DNA of 64,000 nucleotides from Octopus vulgaris. Lineage: Eukaryota. This document shows, one piece after another, positions 54,539 through 64,000 of this stretch (within the stretch, counting starts at the first letter, position 1; every line of letters begins with the position of its first letter). The position numbers and the translations under genes were made by a program. The stretch covers positions 46,438,001 to 46,502,000 of the forward strand of contig OX597815.1 of NCBI GenBank assembly GCA_951406725.2, given 5' to 3'. The notes beneath the pieces were generated by a model. The model did no database searches. It saw only the letters and a program-made list of their open reading frames with translations, and was not told the DNA's origin.

Positions 54539-55053
54539 ATACATATACTGACACAAGCACACAGACGCACACACTTATGTATTTATGCATGAATATATAC
54601 CTCAGATAGTCTGGGCTGTGATAATGAAGCATATTACAATGCAGAGATTTCACTTCTGTATATTTCAACGGGCGGGGTAATTTTTAATTTATTGTAATAC
54701 TTCAGATTAACGTTGTATTACATAACACACAAACACACACACATGTACGTATAGTACAGATAAAACAGAGACATACGTACATACACAAACACACATTACA
54801 AATTAGCGAAGCACATGTCCATACATGAATATTTATATGTCTGTATGTAAGTGCAAGCATGCGAGTGAGTGTGTGTGACTATGTGTGTGTGTGGTGGGAG
54901 GGGCGAGTGTGTGTGTGTATGTGTGTGAGTGTGAGTGAATAAGTGTGTGTGTGTGTGCGTGCGCGTGTGTTTGAGCGTATCTGAAATTGGTATTGTAGAC
55001 ATGCATTCATATATATATGCATATATACATACACATTTATATGTATGCGTATA

Positions 55054-55123
<70 letters not shown>

Positions 55124-55518
55124 AACATGTATACACACACACATGCACATATATATGTAGTATATGCACAAACATACGTACGTGTGCATACATCTCTACT
55201 GACAGAGTCCCAGACACCAGACCGTCACAAGCACCACTTGGTGCCACCCATATAAATTGCTTACTTCTATATTTTCTATTACTCTGTGTCGAGCTTTAGA
55301 ATGGTGTGCACAGGGGCATTGGGGTGATGTGTGGTCGAGGTCGGGTTGCAGAGTCTTGACGTGCTAACGTTTGGCTTTGTTAGCTCTAAACACACACACA
55401 CACACACACACACAGAAGATGTATGTATACATCTTCACATATATATAGGTGTGTCTGCTGCAAATGCATGTTCGCGTCGATCTGAGCTTAATAGCAGTGA
55501 CTCGATCAATTCCTATCA

Positions 55519-55563
55519 ATATCTGAAGAAGGAATTTTTTGAATTCGGAAATATTATTATATC
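55519..55563 (+). ncRNA. Possible minimal hammerhead motif
   Basis: AUAU CUGAAGA AGGAAUU...GAAUUCG GAAA U AUU AU U AUAU; the stems are AT-only and weak. Confidence 0.35.
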
Positions 55564-55679
55564 AAACTATGGATGATTAAATTATAAAAGTTACTATATA
55601 GTCCACTCTGCATTGTTGTGCCATTCAAGACACGCTATATTTTATATACTCTTTCTCTTTTACTTGTTTCAAGCGCAGG

Positions 55680-56224
55680 AGAAGTCGATTTCTCCCCAGT
55701 CTCATGGTCTTATAAACTTGCGTGACGGCGGATCATCTTGTAGGGATGGGTCCTGAGATTCTCTTTCAGCACTCGAAACATTGATGTTCGGTTTATTTTT
55801 TCTATGGCAACCAGTTTTCTGACGGAACGACAAGGATTTCGCTGTATCTTTTCTCTGGTACTTTTGATAAGCTGAGGTGTCCGCACACTTCTTTCTCGGC
55901 CACGTTCAGGTCAATCAGCGATGAAACCAGTTTCTTGACAATTTTCCAGACTGTTGTTCGGTTAATTTTAAGCTTTTTTTGCTATAGCTGTATTACTTTC
56001 GCCTCCTTTGGGGAGAGTTATGATTGTACTTCGGTCTATAGCCATTATCTAATTTATAAATCCGAATTTTTTAGACTGAAGCAAAAAGGACACATTAAGC
56101 TTTTATAGTGGTGTATAATTTTTCACTAGCGTATAATTCTATAGTGGTGTATAATTTTCTTATAACATTTATTGATAGTTATTAAAGCCTGAAACTGCGG
56201 TTGCCTAAATTTCGAGACACCCTG
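55680..56224 (-). mobile_element. Tc1/mariner (maT-like) 5' end with N-terminal HTH remnant
   Basis: TIR TA|CAGGGTGTCTCGAAA; minus frame AIAKKLKINRTTVWKIVKK...RSVRTPQLIKSTREKIQRNPCRSVRKL. Confidence 0.7.
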
Positions 56225-56230
56225 TATATA

Positions 56231-56620
56231 TTGGGTTGAGGCATAAATAATTTCCGATTTAACCATGAAAAATTTTTACAAGGAATTATTTTCAATTATC
56301 AGTATAGTTACATTATTTTGAAGGACCTCTTGTCATTTGTCAGGTAGCTTTTTCGATTTCTCTCGAGTTAAATTCAGCTGGCTTCGACATGAAGACGCTT
56401 TCCGCACACGTTTTCACCTGATCTTCATGAGAAATTTTTTTCCCCAACGGAGCATTTTGCAGAACGCGAATAAAATGTAAATCAGTAGGTGGAATGTCTG
56501 GTGAATGTGATGTATAGGATAGAAAAGACCAGCCCAAATCCAATATTCTATCCTGCGTGATTCTTGCCGAATATAGTCTTGCGTTATCACGGAGAAGCAC
56601 AACAGAAGCAAACTGAAATG
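56231..56620 (-). mobile_element. mariner (DD34D-type) 3' fragment
   Basis: LLRDNARLYSA...LGWSFLSYTSHSPDIPPTDLHFIRVLQN (HDNARPH and YSPDLAPSD motifs). Confidence 0.8.
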
Positions 56621-56744
56621 CAAGTTACCGATTGGCCAACGGGAATTGCCTAAGCATCGATAACTGAGATCGAACCTATTCGATTCTGCCTCGATACGCA
56701 ATATTTTATTCTTATTCAGTTGTATTATTTATATCTTATACTTT

Positions 56745-57182
56745 TTATTTGTTTCAATCATTAGACTGCGGCTATGCTGGAGCACCGCGTTGAAGAATTT
56801 TTAGCCGAATGAATTGACTCCAGTACTTTTTTTTAAAGCCTTGTATTTATTCTATCGACTGCTTTTGCTGCACCGCTAGGTTAACGAGACATAGACATAC
56901 TAACACTGTCAAGCGGTGTGGAAGGACAAACATAGACTCGCACACGCGCGTACACACAAGCACACACAAACCCACACAAACACACACAAGCACACACACA
57001 CACACAAACACATACACACACAGAGACTTCTTTCAGTTTCCATCTACCAAATCCACTCACAAGGCTTTGGTTGCTCCGAAGCTATTGTAGAAGACACTTG
57101 CCCAAGGTGTTACGCTACGCTGTGTGGCTGAACCCAGAACCATGTAATTGGCGAGCAAACTTCTTACCCATTAGCCACGCCT
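56745..57182 (-). mobile_element. SINE family A, full length
   Basis: Reverse complement of the family A consensus with internal (CA)n. Confidence 0.8.
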
Positions 57183-57791
57183 AAAAGTTAATTAAAATTG
57201 AAATATATTTAAAACACGCGGACACTGAATTGGTGGAATCATTAGAGTGGCAGTATTTATGCCAAATTTTTACGGATGGATTCAAATTTCGTCAAGGTGA
57301 AGTTTGCTATTCATCTCTTCGAGGACGATAAAATAAAGAAACAATCAAGTACTGTGGTCGATGATATCAACCAAATCTTATCCATCTCCTAGATTAGCAC
57401 CACAAATTGGTTCTTAATTACTTTTGGTGGAGTTTTCTCTGTTATAAACACACAGACAAGGTCTCTGGTTCAGGGATAAGTAATTGCCACGAATCTCCGC
57501 TTCCCGCTGGTCATTCTATAGTAGAGTTCTACACTGGAAAAAAATCATACCTCGGTGAAATATAAAGGAAATAATTTTCCACTCACATCCTACGAAGAAC
57601 TCAAAGATATACTCCCTAAAAATCATATCACCGTTAAAGTCATTTCTCAGTAGATGGTAACTGCCAGATACAGGCTCCATGAGTAACGCCTCAGAAAGTT
57701 ATTCTGTTTTCTAGTAGGGCCCACCCGCAACCACTAACTTCCATCTGGGTTACTAACAGAAACTCAAATCCTAGTTCACAACATTCTAAGA

Positions 57792-58110
57792 CAGTGGTTC
57801 TCAATCGGGGTCCATATGGCTCCTGAAAGTCCATATAAGATTTTTGTTGTGCTTCGTTACAAAATAGTAAAGTGGGTATCCACAATAGTATTTTAAGGGC
57901 CCCTGAAAAAACTTTACTTTAAATGTATGTATTGGTATGTATCGCAAGGAACATTTTACATAGTTCAAAAAGGGAAAGGGTGAAAAACAAAATCGGAATT
58001 TTGAAAGAGATTTCTATAAAACTAGTTAAGCATCGAATAGCTATGTGTGTCCACCTCAATTGAATAGTAATCAAAGGGATCCATAGATAAAAAATGGTTG
58101 ATAAACTCTG
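57792..58110 (+). mobile_element. hAT (Charlie/Buster-like) MITE
   Basis: CAGTGGTTCTCAATC...GGTTGATAAACTCTG ends; TCTAAGA on both flanks. Confidence 0.7.
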
Positions 58111-59013
58111 TCTAAGAGTTGCTTGGCTTCCTCCCCACTTTCCATCATGTAATCCAGCATGTCCTACAAAGGTAATGTGCACTTCCTGCAAATGTCATGT
58201 TTACTTCTGGCAAAGCTCATATGCACTTCCTGCAAAGTTCAGATACGCTTACCCTAACTTTGACGAAAACCCGTAATAATTATAATAAAACAAAAGGGAC
58301 AGGGGTAACATCTGGTGTTTTAACTGCACTTAATCTGAATGGGACCCAACTAAGCTGCAATCTTGAAACATCAGTTATTACACTTACATGTGCTCTGTAG
58401 GGGATACATCTCTAAAACTGATTTAGAACAAAACTAGAAATATACTCTTACATACAGTTTGGTTCTTCATATACTCTATACAGCACTACGTAATTTTCTT
58501 CGTGTACTAATTACTAAATTTCCACCATCTGATGATTTAATCTAGATTTTGGCTCTTATATAAATAGTCTGTCTAACTGAGATAAGAGGTGTGGCTCTAA
58601 TTGCACCGAAGCTGATGTGACCCAGGTTGTTAGACCCATATGTTCTCCACATGTTTTCTCTGTAGGTTACAACTTCAAAATTGGTTTAGCGCAAAGATAG
58701 AAGTATATTCCTTTATAAAATTAGTTTCACTGCAGACATCTCAACGGAGTCAATCAAAACATTGACAAACAAACAACAAAAAGAAACAAAAAAAACAAAA
58801 AAAAAAATCTACGGAACTATCTGAGTTTTCAATTAATTTAGTGTTCTGTCATTGAGTCATTTTCTCTCCAACTGCTTTTATTCACTTAAAAAGACATCTC
58901 GCTAAAGAGACAGAAAAGGTTGTCAAGAACACAGTTGTTTTATAAATGAGTTATTAACAGGTGGAAGGACAGTATCAGTGACCTTTTGCAGGGCCTCTGA
59001 AACTGGAGTTGAC

Positions 59014-59065
<52 letters not shown>

Positions 59066-59427
59066 TAAACATCAGAGCGGAAATCTGGTTTGGATGATTG
59101 CAACAGAGTGGACTTCGTTAGAGACTCATAGAAACCAGGTGATGGAAGTCTACCATCTTGAATGACAATTGCAATAAGCTAATAGTAACTCAGATGATGA
59201 CATCACGTGAACTTTGCTATTATTATATTTCTTCAACTTTGGGCATTTGTTATACATTCATTACACAAAATCTCAGTTCAACTGAAATTTCATTTAATGA
59301 ATAGACAAGGCAACCTTTGGCATCTGCTCTTTCTTTTATTTTCTAGAATTTTTTCTTTCTTTATCTTTTTCTGTGCACTGTATGATGTATTTCCTTCCAT
59401 GATGTATAAGGTATTTCTCCATATTTA

Positions 59428-59634
59428 GGAGGAGGTTCTGAAAAGTTCCTGGCTTTAAGGGTTTTGCGAAAGGCTAGGTTAGAAGCCCAACCTTTCATAG
59501 GGCTTAGAAAAACTGAATGACCACTGCAATAAGTGTGCCAATCTGAGAGGGGAATATGTTGAATAAAATCATAATTAACTGATCCCCCTGTATTTTCTTT
59601 TACCCAAAGCCAGGAACTTTTCAGCACTCCCTCG
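59428..59634. mobile_element. mariner-derived MITE (partial second copy at 60130-60223)
   Basis: TIRs CTGAAAAGTTCCTGGCTTT and AAAGCCAGGAACTTTTCAG. Confidence 0.75.
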
Positions 59635-60699
59635 CATATGTGTGTGTATATATATATATCATCGGCGACTCCAGGTCATCAGCGTCTGTCTGGCTCATCA
59701 TAGATTCCGCCCCGAGTGGCTTATTTTTTCATATCTAGCACTATGTTTTTTTCCATTTCTAAGGTAAGACTAAAAATAAAGTACCCTTGCAAAACACAAC
59801 TGATCTTTAAACAGAGACACACAGAATAACAGCAATCAAATATCGACAGCGGAGTGCACAACAAACATCAGCGATCTGACTGTTACCTGTACTCTTGACA
59901 GGAGATGCTAGTTAGTCTTTTACACTTACCAGGCTCGTTCATATTAGCCCGAATTGCTGGATAATTTTTCGTTCCTTTAAGAATATTGTAGAACGGAAAC
60001 TTTTCATGAATTGGAATTTAAATCCTAATCTCTATTGAAATTTATTGTTTCAAGAAATCATTGAATTTGAATTACTTTTAATTTTTACTATAATAGATAA
60101 CAACTCAGGTTGTAACTTCTGAGCCCGAATCTGTGAAGGAAATATGTTGAATAATATCATAATTAACTTATCCTCCTCTGTTTTCTTTCACCCAAAGTCA
60201 GGAAATTTTCAGCAAGCCCTCGTAATGATGTATTCTTCCATTAATATTTTAGCATGATAGTTTGGTCCCTGGCACTTCAGAATAATGGAAATTCACTTTA
60301 TTAGGATGCTTATCACAAAGGCGGAGAGGTAACAGAAACATTAGCACGCCGGAGAAAATGCTTGGCAACAATTTCTCCAGCTTTACCTTCTAAGTCCAAG
60401 TACCACGAGATTGAGATCGATAAAACAAGTAACAGTTAAGTACTGGAATAGATGAAATCAACTAAGCCCCTCCCTGAAAATTTCGGTCCTTGTAACTATA
60501 GTAGAAACAATTATTTCATTTCAAAAAAATATAATTATTTTGGGGGCTCAATAACCTTTTTTAATCATGCATTATTTTCCTGATGTAACACGCAAAAAGA
60601 AACAAAAAAAAAAGTTACTATTGATTCTCAGAAAATGAATAACTTCTAAAAGGTAATAACTTTTAAAGCTCAAAAATCCTTTATCAAAACGATGTCTAT

Positions 60700-62407
60700 T
60701 CAGTGACATCCTAGTGGCTGATGCAGTTCTGCAAGATTTCAGAGTTTGTGGTTGTTAGAGACAAACGAAGAAACAACTCCACTTACAATTTCTAAACAAT
60801 GACGAGCTTTTGGTATAGTAAGAAAGATAACTCGGTTGAAACCTGACTCAACTGGTAAGAAGGATAAACAATGAAATATAATTTTATTTCCTGTCAAAGC
60901 AATAGGATCTTCGGATCTTTACCTTTTGATGTACAGATTTAAAAAATAATTTTTTGTAACTAAACGCTTTCAAACTTCGTATACTGGTAGAATGTATCAT
61001 ATTAAACACCTTTTACTTTTAGTGTTTTTGAGAGAAGTTAATGTTTATAAAGTTATTTCGTAAATTACTGCTGTTGTTTGTCAACAAGAACTTCCGGTGG
61101 TGTGTATTTCGTTTGTCACTGCTATTTATGACAACCCTAACTCTAAAACCCTAAGCCTAAAACCTTAACCCTCACCCTAACACCCTAACCCTAAAACCCT
61201 AACCCAAAAACCTTAAAGCTAAAACCAGTACAAACGCACGAATGATGTCATAAATAACAGTGACAAATGAAATATACACCGCCGGAAGTTCTTGTTGACA
61301 AACAACGGCAGTAATTTTATTCAGCTGGATACACGTCATTGATTGGTTGAAATTACCGAAATATGAGAACTTCAACACGAAATAACTTTGTAAACATAAA
61401 CTTTTCTCAAAGACGCTAAGAGTAAAAGGTGTTTTATATGACACATTCTACCAGTATACAAAGTTTGAAAGTGTTTAGTTACAAAAAATTATTTTTTAAA
61501 TCTGTAGGTAAAGATCCGGATCTTCATAGCAATTTCACTCCTTGTTCATAAGTTATTGAGCCCATGGTTAAATTTAACTTGAGCAGTTTGATTACTTTGC
61601 AGCTCAACAGGGTTTTCTGGTCGTCTGATATCAATATTTGTTGTATTTGACTCAAATAAGTCTAACACCCAACTTGGAATATTCGTTTTCAGGAGATCTT
61701 TGAATCTAATTTGCATATCATTGTGCAATTTATTCACGTGTTCAATGTGCGTCCTCTTGCAACTCCTCCTCAGCAGAAGCAAGGGTTGAAAAATGCATCT
61801 ACTCCTTATGCCTAATATTTATCCAGAAAAGATGAATTTTTCCATTTGTAGCCTCTTTGTAAATTAAAACATTTGCACTTTTACCTTGTAGCTGTTTGTT
61901 TAGCAAATTCAGCTTTTCAAGTATATTTGAAAGGTAGAATACTTCAAATTTGGCAGTTTGTATTTCTTCTCCAAGCTGTTTTCCATTCAGAAACATTACA
62001 ACGCTGTTCCAAAGTTCAACGAGGCGACGCAGGCATTTACCCTAAGGGATTGTCACCGGATGCATGAACTTCAAAGCAGTAACATAATATTTAATTCATA
62101 CAAGACTTTCAAATGTCTACTAGATTCTTTATTCATCAATAATAAATCATCATCGAAGTGTCAAATGAAGTTTGTTTTTTTTTTGTCATGACGGAACTTA
62201 AGATATTGAAATACATTGTGTGTATGCGTATGTGTTTGTGTGTGCGTATAAAGGTTTTTGAAAAATTTAAGAAGTGACGGAGTTGTAGTTGCATGGCTTC
62301 ATTCATTGAGCCTGTGCCCCAACTAATTCCAAAGATTTCTGAGGCCCCACTGAACTTTGTCATGACCTCCTTGAGGCCATATAGTCCCCACGTTGAAAAA
62401 CACCGGA
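60700..62407 (-). mobile_element. hAT (Charlie/Buster, ZBED8/SCAND3-like) transposase remnant
   Basis: FYLSNILEKLNLLNKQLQG, KLHNDMQIRFKDLL..IPSWVLDLF and dimerisation-domain VESGF motifs; terminus GTTGAAAAACACCGG. Confidence 0.75.
60912..61518. mobile_element. Foldback DNA element with long TIRs, internal (CCCTAA)n and 6-bp TSD GATCTT, nested in the hAT remnant
   Basis: CGGATCTTTACC...GGTAAAGATCCG ends; arms ~220 bp; GATCTT at 60906-60911 and 61519-61524. Confidence 0.85.
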
Positions 62408-63201
62408 TTAAGGATTAAACTACCATTAGTGAGACAAGACTGCTAATTTAAGAAATATAAGTGAAAAGAGAAACCATTAGGTCATTTAGTCCTGTGACTT
62501 AATTACCTACGATTAAAGCTAATTTTTTAGATAAACTCAATTATAACGGCCAACAATGTCTCTGATGTACATTAGCATTCCATAACTCAAAAATAACTGA
62601 CGTTAGTTCAGTTCGGTTCTGAATAGCCCCAAAATGGGATCTGCGTTAGTAAGTACTCTTTCAAGATTTTAGGAATAATGAAAAAAAGTAAAAAAATAAA
62701 TAAAGAAAGAAAGAAAGAAAGAAAAACCCAAAAGAAACAAGAATAGACGATAATTCATTTTATGATGTTAGAGCAAAATGGCGGAGAGTCAACGTTCTGT
62801 TACTTAACTGACTTATTTTGTTTAATGGATTTTATTGTGACGGGCTGACGTAGACGATCACTACTTTCGTTGGAGTATTTTTCTTGTGTAATAACTATAT
62901 GCCAACCGCATTTATGTCAGTACGAATGGTGAGTAGGAGTGCCGAATTATGTATGTTAATACATACACAAACACACACACACATGTAGACACACATAAAT
63001 ATAGATATGCATATATACATACGTACACATATATGTACACACACACGCATATATATATATATATGTATAACTCATTAACTCTGTGCGTGTACGTGTGTAT
63101 ATATATGTGTGTGTATAAGAGTCGTCTTCGTGTGAGTGGGGAGGAGTGTAGAGAGAAAGAGAGAAAAAGGAAGGGTACTAGTTAAGATATATAAACATTC
63201 A

Positions 63202-63266
<65 letters not shown>

Positions 63267-63395
63267 ATGTATGTATATGTATATATATGTATATATATAT
63301 ATATATGTGTGTATATGTATATATATGTATATATATATAGATATATGTATATATATATATACATATATATATACAAAATATGTATGTATACATAA

Positions 63396-63426
<31 letters not shown>

Positions 63427-64000
63427 GAGAAAGAAAGTGGGAGCATTTTGATTCTAGTTTTCTTTTGCCCCATTTGTGTGTGTGTATGTGTATGCACACA
63501 CACATATATATGAACATGCATTAACATACATACACACACCACATATGCCATATTCGAAAGGGATTTTATTCTCCCATATGCCACTATGTTTATATATGTT
63601 TTCAGTTAATACGTTCTGTGTGTGCAGTTCTCCGAGTGCAAGAGGTGTAACTGTCGCTGTATGTGTGTGTGTGTGTGTGTGTGTTTGTGTGTGTGTTTGT
63701 GTGTGTGTTTGTGTGCGTGTGTGCGTATGAGCCAATGGCTGTTGTTTCTACTAGAAACAACCAGATCACCCTCATATAAGACTACATTCATTACGAAAAA
63801 AAGAGCATATTATATCGTGTGGTTTGAGATAAATTGTGAAAATTACATTGGTCATGATTGGAACTCCTTTAGACAATAATTTTGCCCCATCAAGATCTGA
63901 CTGACTGGATCTGGAAGACAAATGATTACGTGGAAGAATAATGAAGCAGCAGAGCAATGGATGGACAAATTGGTTGATGAATCTGAGACACTAAGGAATA

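Noticed and set aside
61133-61222. Relic telomere or chromosome-fusion site
   Set aside because: The repeats are short, degenerate and enclosed within a TIR element with a TSD.
63880-64000. Open frame at the window end (MITWKNNEAAEQWMDKLVDESETLRN)
   Set aside because: Truncated by the window edge, with no recognisable motif or clear splice acceptor.

Overview
Eukaryotic, AT-rich DNA saturated with repeats. The SINE families, (TA)n/(TG)n/(TATG)n/(AAT)n microsatellites and Tc1/mariner, hAT, RTE, CR1 and Penelope debris look like an Octopus (coleoid cephalopod) genome; this is inferred from repeat content and was not verified by any search. I find no intact host gene. Almost every entry in the ORF track is a microsatellite translation or a broken transposon frame. 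Supported features: dozens of copies of three tRNA-derived SINE families, a Penelope-like (PLE) GIY-YIG 3' fragment, two RTE 3' ends, a CR1 3' end, several Tc1/maT/mariner remnants and MITEs, a hAT transposase remnant with a nested foldback element, a probable solo LTR, an 81-bp higher-order satellite and a GGT-rich minisatellite. The most interesting signal is about a dozen dispersed minimal type-I hammerhead-ribozyme-like motifs (CUGANGA...GAAAC-palindrome-GUH, some intact, most degenerate). They sit in short PLE-end-like modules that abut (TA)n tracts and often form long foldback inverted repeats. Coordinates were read by eye and are approximate, typically within 5-20 bp.
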